Positions 24,380-37,658 are shown, numbered from the stretch's first letter. The stretch: DNA of 64,000 nt from Botryllus schlosseri (GCA_051294905.1 CM119373.1:30876001-30940000), one strand, 5' to 3'. The notes: generated by a model from the sequence alone, not told the origin. Translations and numbers: made by a program.

Positions 24380-25485
24380 CAGGGGTTCTCAAAGGGTGGG
24401 CCATGGCCCACTGGTGGGCCACAGGAGCATTTGCGGTGGGCCACAGAGCTATTTGGGAAATTTTAGAAATAATGTAAGTGTATTAATATTTGTTGTGTTC
24501 ATCGCTAAAAACATATTCATATTAGTTGATTATACGTAGGCTACATAAAGCTTTTCATCCGACTCTGATGAGACGTATAGTGGTACGTATGGAGTCAGCA
24601 TTTAAAGTCGAAAATGGGAGGCAGAAACGGCGGCTTTTTCCACTGGCTATGACTACCTATGGCTAACAGCAACTAAAATAATTTAGCGTATTTAATACCT
24701 GGAAGGTAATGCTGAAGTAACCAAGTGTTCCGGCAGGGCCATAATGTCGTATGCCGTTGAAAGGGGTGTTCAATATAATCGGAATGAATTGTAATTGATG
24801 TATAGATTTACTGTACTCGGCAGGTCGTATTATTGTAAGTTAAAAATGGCCATAATTGCAAATTATTAGCAACTTCTGGTGGAGGTATACTGCACCACCG
24901 CAACGAATAGTAATGGATTGAGGATTCAGCGGAGCGCATTAATATTTGGAGTCTGTTTAAATTGTCATGCCTGGAAATCAATGTACATAATGTAAGAATC
25001 CCATGAATTGTTTGAAGCTGGCCCCGAGTGATTATACTATTCCCCTCAATAGTGGAGCTAAAATCCCAATCACACAGTGTATGCGGGAATTCGATCATTG
25101 TGTTTCGCGAAGCGCATGGAGAAGCGGACGATCATAAAATACTTTAGCATATGATCTACCAGAGCCGTAACTGCCGCACCCAAACCCCCAATTGGGGGAG
25201 CTAGAAGGGGCCCAGCAAGATTATTTCGTTGGTCGTTTGTTAGAAGATAATAATTCAACTTGAAAGTTTTCGTCGCGCTTCGCGCGACTTCATGCCACGA
25301 GATGTTTATATTTTTATTTCATCAGTAAATTAGGAGAAAATGGGCATATTTTAGAGAAATAGGCATATCGGCGCCGTCGATTACCACGCATTGAACAGGA
25401 TTATTACTTTAAGATTAGAGGTGGGCCACAGCACATTTTCAAGCCGGAAAATGGGCCACGGCCGAGAAAGGGCTGAGAACCCCTG
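24380..25485. mobile_element. hAT non-autonomous element with CAGGGGTTCTCA termini
   Basis: TIRs CAGGGGTTCTCA / TGAGAACCCCTG and perfect TSD gattaacg. Confidence 0.88.
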
Positions 25486-27412
25486 GATTAACGTATCAGC
25501 TGTGCGATATATCTGGGTGAGGAGAAAATAGCATAAAATGGGAGCACAGCTGATTTCCACGTGAAACATCATAAATTCTGACATGTTCACGGAGAACATG
25601 TATAGGTGGTGATCGTGGTGAACACTTTTCGATGCCTTCGTAGTATTGAAGAAGTGTCAAAACTGCTAGCTAATATCGTTACGCTAACTTTTTACTCTAC
25701 TAGGCCTAGTCAATTATCTAATTAAGGAACAATGTAACGTTCCGCAACAAGTCTGTATTTTAGTAGCAAGACAATGCGGATAAGAGAATAGAATTGTCAT
25801 ACAGGCGTCACCATTTCTGCTTCTCTTTCATCAATCAAAACACCGTACAATCCTCAAGATTCCAAGGAGAGCAATAAGTCAGGTAGAGCAAAAATTACGG
25901 GTGATATTATAGGGGTAAGCCAATACATTTGAGAACTTCGATTCCCTTATGTACAAGGCAACTTATAACAACTGACCTGCAGCTAAATAATCAGATACCA
26001 TATTTTTTAAGAGAAAGAACTATTATATTAAACCGAGAAATTAGCAAATAATTGAGGCTATAATGCATATAGCTTTGGGATTACTGCTATAAAGGTATTG
26101 ATACGAACCATGAACCTGTTTTCTACGACGCACAGACTATCTTTCAGGCTTTACTACTTTTCAATCAGTATCTCTCAGTTAAACTAAATCACTATCTACC
26201 TAACTGACAATTCAGTCACCTAAAAATACGGTCTACGTTTCTACCTGCACTGAAAGGGACTTCTTCCACGTCCCAGTGCAAAAGAGCCACGGTAGCGAGA
26301 GTGACTTGAGCTTCGAAAGACGGAAGTTCTAAGAAATTGGCGGGCTTGATTGACTATAACTTTTCATGGCTGACTGAACTCGAAAAAATAAAATTCTAGA
26401 GGATCCGGACAGTTGGTTCTATCGTTATTCTACCGATCGACGCTATAAAATTATATCACACACTCTGAGGAGTTGAGTACTCTAGCAAAGGAAATTTCAG
26501 TTCACTTCAGTGTGACAAACGGTCAATTTTAAAAAGTTCAAATCACAAGGACAAAGTAAAGCATGGTAGGAGTTTTAAGTTCGATGTCAGAGCGACCAAC
26601 AGGGATCGCATAATAGCTAGAAAACTTTACTACATATGGCAACACCTTCTTGTTCGATTAAATAAACCAAATAACATTGATGGAAAATAAGGTTGGTTCC
26701 TGTGTGGGTAATGTATAGGAAATCTAAGCTTCTCTATAGGTGGATTTCTCATGTTTCAAGATGATTTGATTACAAAAACTCAACAGGTAAAACTCTCCCG
26801 AGTTCAAATAGATATGTGCAATTAACAATAACGAGAAGATAGACTTATTGGAATCTACCTGGGATTGGTATGGTATAACCACGCATCTATATGGATGGAA
26901 ATCCCGCTTGGGTTTAGTGTGGTATGCATGTCACCAACCCATTTCGTTTTTCCACCCCACCTAACCACCTAAATTCCACTTCCATACCAAGTGGGTGTGC
27001 TAGCTGGGGAGGTTGTGACGCGCATTTGATATGGTGGACGTGCATGATGTTTGCTGCTAAAAATGGTTGTTATCGGATAATTTTGATAATAATCGCTAGA
27101 ACATAGCTAAATAATTTTGAAAAGTCGCTGGATTTATCGCTAGTCGCTAGGTCGATATTATTTGTTGCTAAACCGAATGAAAAACCGCTAGATCTAGCGA
27201 CAAAATCGCTAAATTGGCCACACTGGGCCATTATTACTGTACTATCCGTATCAAATGAGAGCATTATTAGCTTTCGCGCACAGTATTCGGGCTTGCTGGC
27301 TCATTCGGAAACGGCTCATATTTGATTATGATGTAATAACTGCGGTAATTTCGCTGAAAATAAACGTTTGTAAACAACGCATTGGTATTAGGTTAAGAGA
27401 GTTCGTATACAC

Positions 27413-28047
27413 CAGGGGTGGTCGACCTTTTCAGCCAATTGCGCAGGCCACTTGCCGCGCCATGCGCGAAAATTTTTCGAAGCTCATAGGAGAATAGTAT
27501 TGTCCATTGACTATATTGCGGGCCTGCTGTATATCGCTGGGCTCAGTTTGCAAGAACTAGACTATTTGTCGCCTGGACCAGTTTCGACCAACATGCGTCA
27601 ATCATTTCTGCGAGCGCAAACGCAAGGTCACAGATGTTGAACGACACTTTGTCTCGTAATCGCGAATATAGTTAGACTAAATCTGATACATTAGGCATTC
27701 TTTCATTTTCACTAAGAGGTAAAAAAAATTAAAAGCAAGAAATCGAGTGACAACATGTTGCGCGAAGCGTGTAGAAAATTTTTACTTTTGATAAGTCTAT
27801 CGCAATTTATTCTGCTTTATTGTGGTGTACGAAGACCTACCAAAATGCGACTGGCTCACGGATCTGCCAATGCGTCGGAACTGATATTTTAGTTATCACA
27901 TCTCAACTGTTGTGGCCAGACTAATCAAATTTTTGGTTGGCCTAGCAAGTTCACAATTTATGCAATCCATTTTTGATAATATTACTAATTTCGGAAATTA
28001 CCTCCCGGGCCACATGTGGCCCGCGGGCCATGGGTTGACCGGCCCTG
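27413..28047. mobile_element. hAT MITE related to 23542-24266, opposite orientation
   Basis: Ends CAGGGGTGGTCGACC / GGTTGACCGGCCCTG. 27900-28047 is a reverse match to 23542-23690. TSD gtatacac / gtatataa (2 mismatches). Confidence 0.7.
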
Positions 28048-28056
28048 GTATATAAG

Positions 28057-28595
28057 CAGGGTTGCCATACCGTGCTTACTTCTAAGATTTGTCCTTATTT
28101 TGGAGAGCCACGTCTTAGAAAACTCAACTGTCCTTATTTCTAAGAACTGTCCTTCTTTTCGACTTGCGCCCTTATTTTGTCTTATTTTCAACTATACAGA
28201 ACTTCGATCATTTTCCTCTGATATCTGTGTTGAAATATATGCAATTGTGACATTGACCTGTAGGCTATATGAAAAAGACCGCTATTTCAACTTATATTGA
28301 TACCCCAAAACACAAGAAGTGTGTCAGCTGCTGCTGAGGATACCTGGGGCATTCCATGCTGACAAAAACCAGCAATCACTCCTGAGTAAAGGTAAACCTA
28401 GACCTGAGCGGTCGTGAGATCAATGAAGCACTTTCTGATAACAAGGAGTTGCTGGAGCAGATTGTTTCTGGCGAAAATATGGAAAATGATATGCCACGCC
28501 TCGTATAAATACACAGTATGTACGAAAACGCTTTTATCTGCCAATCTAATTTTTCGACTGTCCTTATTTTTGGGTCCATGTCGATGGCAACCCTA
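28057..28595. mobile_element. hAT-type MITE with (T/C)AGGGTTGCCAT termini
   Basis: CAGGGTTGCCAT / ATGGCAACCCTA, perfect TSD tatataag (28049-28056, 28596-28603), and TGTCCTTATTT subterminal repeats. Confidence 0.85.
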
Positions 28596-29531
28596 TATAT
28601 AAGTTAAAGAGGTGTAATCACTGTAATGTGAGGCAAATTTCCTTGACTCGAAACGAAACCCTTTTCACGTATCGCATGCTGGAATGGGTCAAGTATTGAA
28701 CCACTGTTCTATCAACATAGATCTAATATAAATTGAACTAAGCAATACACCAATCATTCAATTAAGTATATTTGACTGAACGTTGTAACATTTTCGCCCC
28801 CCACTCGCCCCTTTGTCATTTTCGCCCCCTGGGGGCGATATCGCCCACGTTGGGTGCCACGGCTCTAGACAAATGCCTTCCTACCGCCGTAAATCAATAG
28901 TACAAAAACAAAGCCACGTAGTCACATAGCCACATGAAAGGCTGTAGTGACGCAAATACCAATAGGGTGATGCCCGGTGTGGTATAATGTTGATCCCTAA
29001 ATAGTTGTGTGCCGATTGTTTCATGGTGTTGCAGTGGCGCCCATTGTGTAGCGGCATACGACAATGGCGATTCAATTTTGCTTCGATACAGTATACAAGG
29101 GCAGGGTATTGTCTTAGTATCATTGGAGCCGAAACAGAGCCTTTCCGCAGCACCGTACGAATCTCTGGGCTATATTTTCAAGAGCAATTTTAGTAGTAAA
29201 TCGATAACTCGGTGAGATTCACTTGAACAAGATTAAAGAGATAGGCTGCCTAACTCGATAGGTAGTGATGACGCACAGAATTTTGTAGGCTGGCAATACA
29301 AGCATATGAATGTGGTTATTCGACAGATGAATTTATGTATAACACATTATTATTATCATTATATATCATTTGACTGCAGGTGGTGCGACGGAGGTCGGAG
29401 GGAATTCCTTGCTGCCAAAAACGTGAAAACAAACATTGCCGACCAATGTGGTTACAGTAAACATTCATATATTTTGCATAACTAATGATAAAGACGAACG
29501 TCCTTCACCGCCACCGTTCATCGCTCGCGGC

Positions 29532-31905
29532 CGGACTTGGACAACTAGAAAATTTTCAGCTTTTCCAAATTAGATTAGAATTAGAATTAGAGCTACGAAT
29601 TTTTGTTTCAAATTAGATCAGAATTATAATTAGTGCTACACAGCTTACGTTAGAATTAGAAATGCTGAATTCGTAAATATAGCAAACATCAAGTTCAGTT
29701 CATCTCAAATCACACTGCATTCCAATAAGCATGGGAATTGTTAACGTACACCAAAATTGGCTCGTTTCGCACTAAACCAGGGATTTCCAACACGTGGCCC
29801 GCGAGGTCATATTTTGAGACCCGCGATCTGATTTGTGATTTTGGGAGAACGTGAAGTAAAGCATTTTGGAATGCTGAAATTGATTTCAGTTTCAAATTCT
29901 TGTTGTTTCGAAATACGCTTTTTCACCTGAGCCCAACTCAACAGCATTCAATCGATGAAGAGTAAGCTGATATGAATGAACATATTGCGTTGACTTGCAA
30001 TGGCCCACAGATACCACCAAGACCGAGCCGCTTAGAAAACATCGTAGGACCTCCCCACAAGCTCAATCTTTAGCATGAGATAGTCTTTCAGCTAGGAACA
30101 TGTCTCAGGTATCGTGTGCAGCTCATAGCTCAAAATAAATAAAGTTTATGATCATGATATTTCTTGTTATCTTTGTACTTTTGTAATAAAATATAACTTT
30201 TTTTGTGGTAACCAGACCCATCGTCCATGTACGAGAGCAGGGCGTTGTACTAATGTAAAGTTTTGAAACCGTGGTTTCTCAACTCTGTGACCTATTTTGT
30301 CTCGATATTGCATTATTACGGTCCGCGGCCTCTACGACATTAGAAAAGTAGCCCTCAATCCCTGCACAATACAGTTCTCCTGTAAGGCTGAAAACTATTT
30401 CCGGTGGAGGTGATGTGATGTTGCAGTCATACTTAGCAGTAGCGTTGAGATGAGTAAACCAGTTTTTAGTTTTTTCTCTTTTCTAGTAACTCAGAAAATC
30501 ACAGTCCATGCTCTCCCGCTCTGCTGCGAAATATCATTCAACTTCATCCCCTAATATATTCTCTTTGGTTGGAGATATGAAGCAATCATCCTCTTATTTC
30601 TTGATACAAGCCTAGTTGAGAGCATGAAAGTGACCAAACCTATTTTGACTATCTCTTTTTCTTTGCAGATGTTCTGTTTGCGATCGTAACTAATAGAGCA
30701 GTGGTCGGGAACCTATGTCTCGCGAGCCATATATGACTCTTTTGGGAATAAGATATGGCTCTTTGACATATTTTGAATTTTGTACCTAATTTTATCGATA
30801 TTGCAGCAACTCCTCAGTAATTTTTTTTAACGGCCAGAATAATTATTCTCGTTGCAGCTTAATCATGTACTTGAGAGGTCAAGGCAGTGGCGTATCTAGG
30901 GTTAAGGGCTCGGACCCCTTAACAAAATCCTCAAATTTAAGTTGCTGTAGCGCCAGCGACCAATATCCGTCGCAAATTCGGTGTACCCGGCATCGCGCGC
31001 TGCGTATAATCTTGGATTGCACCATACGTTGGTTGATCCAGAGAATAGCAGACATGGGGACACCTATATGACAATCTAGTTTTGAAATACACATTGTCTT
31101 CCTGATCTACGCCGAGAAATGAACTGTCTTGGAAGTGACACTCCAATTAGAAATCCCAATTACAAACAACGCTTCGCCATCGACGTCCGAATTGATAAGT
31201 AGCTTTCTTGTAATGCCGTTAAAATGTAGGCGTGTAGTGCAACGTTTATGTTGCGGCCGAATTGAGAAGTCGATCAATATTCATTTTCGGATTCAGTGCT
31301 ATAATTATGTTACATTAATTACAGTTATTATAAATTCTGAGCAATTTAAGATGATTGCGCTATCACAGGATGAATAATTATAGTAGCCTACGACGAATTC
31401 CATGTAGTGAATTCGAATTAGTACTACTATGACGTCACGAATTTTTAATTGTTACGTAACAATTGATGGGCATGTATGGCTCTTTAGGATTTAAAATAGA
31501 AAATATAAGGCTATCATGGCTCTTCACAGAAAAAGGTTCCCGACCACTGCTATAGAGGGTTGTTCGCAGACTACAACCTACTATGCTAGCATGGCTAATA
31601 TTCGTCACAATAACTACTATGACTGTACGCCCGGTGTAAGCAATGTGATGGCGGCTTAGCATTGGACTTCCCTGCTCGAGAGCGATATTCTTGTTAATTA
31701 GCTGCAAAATTCGGTCGACAAAGAGGCATTTTCAGGAAAACAATAAATTAGATTATAATTAAAATTAGAGTATATATAAACATATACCAAATTAGATTAG
31801 AATTAGAATTAGAGCATACGAACATTTCACAAATTAGATTAGAATTATATTAATGTTCTAATTTGAGAAATTAGACAACTAGAACTATCTAGTTGTCCAA
31901 GTCTG
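29532..31905. mobile_element. hAT-type element with C(G/A)GACTTGGACAACTAGA termini, carrying nested insertions
   Basis: 18-bp TIRs, perfect TSD ctcgcggc (29524-29531, 31906-31913), and ATTAGA/AATTAG subterminal repeats at both ends. Confidence 0.88.
30699..31549. mobile_element. hAT MITE with CAGTGGTCGGGAACC termini, nested in 29532-31905
   Basis: Perfect 15-bp TIRs. TSD taatagag / ctatagag (imperfect). Confidence 0.75.
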
Positions 31906-32085
31906 CTCGCGGCTGCGTTCCATGGTGGTAAAAACACTGTCCTGAAATCAACGTCGAGCTCCTAAGCGATTAATATTATATTATTCCTGATTTTTGGTGA
32001 AATTGCAATAATATTTTATTCACTACATGTAAACAGAGCTCGGATATTTATTTTACTGGTTAACTCCACAAGGACGATTTTTGCA

Positions 32086-32517
32086 ATGCATCGATACACC
32101 ATCCTCGGAGTCATGATACTGGAGATCCTTTATGGGATTGTCTTGATTTTCTTTGGTATCGCCGAAATCGTAGGCGCGGCGGACGGTACATTTGATGAAT
32201 GTAGAAGCACCGAAGCCGGACAAGGGATATGGTGTGGTGCATTATCTATTGCTATGGGATCACTGGGAATCTCACTATGGAGGAACACAACTAGGATAAA
32301 GCATATAACGGATGTCGTATTAGCAGCTATAACGCTGATCGCTGCATTAGCCGGTTTCATTATAAATGTCATTGCTGCGGAAAAGGCAGAATCCGAAAAC
32401 GCTTGTTCGAATGCCGGCTACGTAATCATGGCAATCGTCTGCATATTGGTGATGTTCCACGCCGTGCTACACCTAGTGGCCGGTTATCGAAGAACAAGAT
32501 CAGACCAATACAGCTAA
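32086..32517 (+). CDS. CD20/MS4A-like four-TM protein, copy C (143 aa, short C-tail)
   Basis: Aligns without gaps to copy A over the 4 TMs (LGVMILEILYGIVL, ECRSTEAGQGIWCG, YVIMAIVC.LVMFHA). The stop codon corresponds to a Ser (TCA) codon in copy A. Confidence 0.7.
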   Translation: MHRYTILGVMILEILYGIVLIFFGIAEIVGAADGTFDECRSTEAGQGIWCGALSIAMGSLGISLWRNTTRIKHITDVVLAAITLIAALAGFIINVIAAEKAESENACSNAGYVIMAIVCILVMFHAVLHLVAGYRRTRSDQYS

Positions 32518-33412
32518 TACCGACTATATGAAAACGGCGCTGGCAAACTCAAGTAACCATATGCATCGTTTCTGCCAGCAGCGACCGCTTGTTGTAGCAC
32601 CATCACCAACTTCGATCGGACGCCAATACTCTGGCCATTGATTAGAAAACGAACGGCACACGTCCGATAATCATTTGTGCATATGCTGTTGGTACAAATA
32701 TATTTGTTTATTGCATATGTTGTGTAATGAATGACTTTATAGCTCATTTCATCTCAACCTGTTCTAAATCGGGGCACCCTTAATTTCGTGGTATTTTCTT
32801 ACAAGCCTTTTATTTCGAAACAAAGACAATCGTGCTTGCAGATCATTTCGAAGTCTACTGCCGAGTGCCGACACCTGTGATCATCTATCGCAGTGCTTTT
32901 CAACCTTTTTGAGCTCCATTCGCACTTTTTTTTTGAAAAATAATTTCATTCGCACCAGTCAGCCAAAATTTAGTACTCGAAAAGGCAATGAAGATATTTA
33001 TCACTTTTGTATTCGAGGAGCTTCTTGGAGGTACAGAGCTTCATTATTTTGCATTCATTTTGCAGCGCATCGTATTATTGACTAATCAAGCACTAAAATC
33101 ACTGCAGTAGAAAAATCACAAGTACCGCACGCCCGTTGTTCTCAAGAAGTTCGTTGCATTTTACGGGGGTATCGTGCAGTGATTTCCTTGGAAGCTTAAA
33201 GCGCGAACCCAAGAACAATATTCTCTCGCAACGATATCACTTTGCCACTAAATCCACATGTTACGTCATCGCGGTGTAAATGTGTTTGCATTTAGAACGC
33301 ACGAAATAGTGAAACTGCACTTGAATCGTAGCATCAATGTTGCGACTAGCACCTTTGGTTCATATTTCTGACAACATTCGAAAAGATGCTTCGCGTACTA
33401 AGGTATGTTAGA

Positions 33413-35218
33413 TAGGGTTACCATCAATGTTCCCTCTAATTTTTCACGAGTCTGCGCAAACACGTTAACTCACTGCGCAGGCCCTTGGACAATAGTGCGC
33501 AACCAGCCCCCCACATAAGGTGATAAACCGAACTTATCGGAGGCGAAATCCCCCAGACCCCCTATCGGGCTCTGCGCTTTTTGCCGATATCATCTACATC
33601 GGGGGGGGGGCTTAGTGGCTATCTCGCCTGAACGCACGAAGCGCGAAAATTTTATATGATTCATGATTGAATCGGTCAATATGATCGGAAATTACATAGC
33701 ATATATCTATTGCTAGCATATATCTATTGCTATCCATTTTTATCATCTCTCTGCTCACATAATCAGATTTACCGGTAAAGCTGATCAAGTGAGGTGTGTT
33801 AGAAAAGGTAGGTCCTCTAAATATTAATTAAACATCTTCGCGCGCACTCGTTGGTGTAATGACTTCGTTATATGATGCTATTTCGTGACCTCCTATCGGC
33901 TATGTCAAAAGACATTGAAATCGCTCAAACGTACTAAACTAAAACACGAACACGATTTAAAATTGGTATTTCTCAACTGACAAATAATGTTCCCTCGACA
34001 TGGCATTTTGTCTTGTTGTGGGACTCGGATCGCCAGCACATGAACATTCAGCGCCAGCCATTTACGCGCCTATGGACAATTAAACTTATATGTATGAATC
34101 GAAGTTTTCGGTCAGCATATAGGGCAGTCCTTTTCGGCCAAGCTTTTCTCGCTGCTGATCGTTTTGGCACACTTCTCGAGTCGCATGTCACATAGCCTAT
34201 AACTTCATATGTCTTGGTGCGCCGTGGCATAAGGTAATGGCCGACGCCCAAGTGCCCATTTCACCTAATCACGCCCATTTTTTGTTGTGGGACGGGTACC
34301 CAATAATCAAGAGATTTGACAAAATTAATTCGCGCGCGGCGCGATAAATATTTTGAAAAATTCCCAAAAAATACACCATGATTTACGTTAATTCACGAAA
34401 TAATTTTTGGCTCCTTTCGATCTCGGCCCCCTAATTTAGGGTTTGGGTGCGGCAGATACGGTCCTGAGGAAATCTTACGCAATGTTCATGACACGCGGAG
34501 AAGACTATGCGCTAGTTTCTCGCAGATTAACTTCGACCTCGCCCTTGTTATTTATAACTATGTTAAACCATGTTATTTCGCCATTCCCGGAAAATAATGC
34601 GCTATTGAAATGATATCAGTATCGCTCACGCGTACGAGACCATACTAAAAGAAAAGATTTTTCGTTAGGCGCTCGTGATTGCAAAGTCTCTTACCTTTGC
34701 TGGCCGCACTTGTACCTCGATGTAAGACTTCAGCGATAACACTATTTGCCCCTGGCAATGTTCCCTCTAATTTTTCACGAGTTTGCGCGCCTGCGTGGTG
34801 CCTTGGACAACAGTGCGCAACGACTTCAAAAAAACATCACTTCGGATTTTCTGTGCGCAACTTAGATTTTCTGTGCGCAGGGACCGCTTCAGCACTGCGC
34901 ATTTGCGCACGTGCGCAGCTTAGAGGGAACATTGGTTACCATACGTCCTCCTTTAGGAGGATTTGTCCTCCATTTTTTTAAAGGAATTTTGATCAAATTT
35001 ATAGCAAAATTCGACTGAGATGCCGTAAATCAGCACCGAAGTGACGCTCCGGATGGTATTTCGGGAGCTGAGCGAAAGTTGACCTTTTTTTTATTTTAGT
35101 CAACCGACTACGAAGTGGTAAAAATTTACCACTTTTTCAGGATTTTCCACCGGTATTCTGTGTTTGAAAATTTTGAAATAGTGTCCTCCTTTCCCGATTC
35201 CAAAATATGGTAACCCTA
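33413..35218 (+). mobile_element. TAGGGTTACCAT-terminus MITE (~290 bp net), nested in 32891-36679
   Basis: TAGGGTTACCAT / ATGGTAACCCTA and perfect TSD atgttaga (33405-33412, 35219-35226). Confidence 0.88.
33425..34934 (+). mobile_element. Long CAATGTTCCCTCT-terminus element, copy 2, inserted inside the TIR of 33413-35218
   Basis: Perfect 13-bp TIRs and perfect TSD gttaccat (33417-33424, 34935-34942). Confidence 0.9.
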
Positions 35219-37658
35219 ATGTTAGATGATTGGATTGTACGGTGGGCGTTAAAATCAGGAATGCATTGCTATACAAACCCACACAATCCGAGTAATTGAT
35301 GACTGTTGTTTATAGATAAGCTTAGAGGCTTCATTCACTTCTTATCTATGCAGTACACAAATCAACATATCTTTCAATAACAATGCTCGGCATCCTTGTG
35401 TTGTCAAAGCCAACACTTTCACCGTCTTGAATAATTATTACTCACATAGATTCATGATTAACACACACTTATATCGGCCTGGGTAGCCAACTGCGGGATG
35501 GCTCTTAGGTCAATCATACAATAATGAAAAACTGACTGAAATAATGCCAAATTAACTTTACTATCCCACATATCCTTATACATAAAGAGTAATAAGGTTC
35601 AACAGTATAATTAAGCTTAAATTAGGCTGCATAAGGAATATCGTAAGACATACGGCTTGGTGTATTTGATTTTGCTCTGCAGAGGGTGCTCAACTGCTCA
35701 AGCTAAATCGGTAGAGTTCGCAGTATTACAAAGTTTGTAGTACAAAGGCGGTACGAACACGAACTAGGCAAACTTTTCCTATGGATCAGCAAGCTTAGTG
35801 GAATCACCAATATGTTATGTAGGCCTATGCCTTTACGTACGATCTAGACTTGGCCAGAGATCATCAGTCCAAAAACAGGAAAGCGTGTCTAAGCCTAAAT
35901 TGTCGAGTTCGCATTACAAACAGGCCATTGCACTGGTCAGCAGATAAACTGCCCAGTGACTTAATAATTCGATGTGATGCAAGATGAATATTCATTGGAC
36001 GTAAGACACTAATGTGCTTACACTAATTTTATTAATAACAGCCTCTAATCCTTGGTTAGGTACACGAGTAACCATCACTTGTTATAGATCTAATGTGCTA
36101 ATTGTTATAGTTGAAGAAACGCTAAATTCTGCTGTTAACCAACATGAATGTGTGCCAAAATTCCAATATTTTGCATTCAAATATGCCAAATCTCAACACT
36201 GCCATCAGCTACTATTACCTACATTCCTACAAGGTCCGTATACAATATCCATACACGGATGTTTTCCGAGCAAGTGAGCAACTGATACCGATTGAACTTC
36301 TTTTTTCCATGCAGTGACCTAATCCTCTCGCGCGGAAATATTATCTCTAACTTTGCATTATACACGCATCGGGAGCGTTACTCACTTGTGAACTAGAAAA
36401 GCCTAGCTACCAATAAGTTTTTAGAATTGCTTCCAAACGACAACATTTACGGGCTCATTGTACTTAATATCGTGTTTATTTGAATTATTCCACGTCGGAA
36501 AAAGTGAGAAACATGGACAATTTTCATTCGCACTCATCCCGCTTTTTCATTCGCACCACGCTTGCCGTTCGCACTCAACCAGATTTTTCATTCGCACCAT
36601 TCGCACCACGCTCGTCGTTCGCACTGAAATTTTTTTCATTCGCACTAGTGCGAACCGTCACACAGGTGGAAAAGCACTGATCTATCGTATCGTATCGTAT
36701 CGTATACCCCACTCGTGTGTAGGAGTTGATGTTGAACTCTAATTCACTCAACATGCATGTGTCGGTGTCTATTTCCGCAAAAGAATAAAATAATTTCACC
36801 CACCGAGCAGTCACGATACAGAATCTGAAGAATCAGGCTATAACTCACTTCATGTCATAGCAATTCAATTTAGTACCCATGTAAATTCTGGAATGGCAAG
36901 TCTATACGCGGAAGCGACGGCGAAACGAAGTATTTACGACTGCCGAGGTTCTATCGTCGTCCTATACTTTCATTAGCATGTTCAACAGGTAAACATCATA
37001 CTTCAAAGGCGCAAATGGGCATGTGAATATATAATAGCAAGTTATTAGATGTATAAACTGAGGCGGTAGCACCTAAAAGCGTATTTATTAGACGTGTTCG
37101 ATAAATCATTATGGGACTGTGCGCTTCCGCGATAAAAACAGTTGAAGAAACCCAGCACTATTGTTGCGAATCTCTCTTCGTATTTGTAGCATATCCTTAT
37201 GAGGAGAGGTTATTCCAATTAGATATACAGAAAAAAAATTAACTTATCTGCCGGCAATGCAATCTTATTAGATGGGCAATTTATTTATTTATGAGACCTT
37301 ATCATTTCCTACTAATCTTGTTGCAATTAACATTCCATCTTTCTTCATCATCTGTGGCAAGTGGCCAGTACCTACCAGGTGGGCAAGCAATTTAGGCAAC
37401 GTCATGACCTAGTAAAAAGTTCAATAGTAGCAAAATACTAGCGGCTACGCTACTTTCTGCGCTCTATTCTGTTAATTAGGACGGACATGAAAAAAATTTT
37501 GCCCTAATAAATGACTCAATATGTTACGCCGGTAATGGATATCGGGGAAATTTCTGTGACGGCACACCGACGCCAGTCGCTACTTTTAGAGCGAAGCCAG
37601 TCGCTACTTTCAGAGCTTTACACTTTATTTATTGATCACTTGCACGGCTACTTTTGCG

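Larger units (their letters stand above)
13542..27008 (-). mobile_element. EnSpm/CACTA-superfamily DNA transposon (CCCAG termini), ~13.5 kb including nested insertions
   Basis: Left end CCCAGGTAGCAC; the right end reverse-complements to CCCAGCTAGCAC. 2-bp TSD GA on both sides (13540-41, 27009-10) and a shared subterminal ACCAAGTGGG motif. Encloses a co-oriented transposase and DUF4806-like gene. The boundaries rest on a short TIR. Confidence 0.65.
32891..36679 (-). mobile_element. Second CAGTGCTTTTCAACC-family hAT element, the outer layer of a three-level nest
   Basis: CAGTGCTTTTCAACC at 32891, GGTGGAAAAGCACTG ending at 36679, and perfect TSD atctatcg. 36480-36679 is the reverse complement of 6649-6850 (TTCGCAC repeats). 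Confidence 0.85.
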
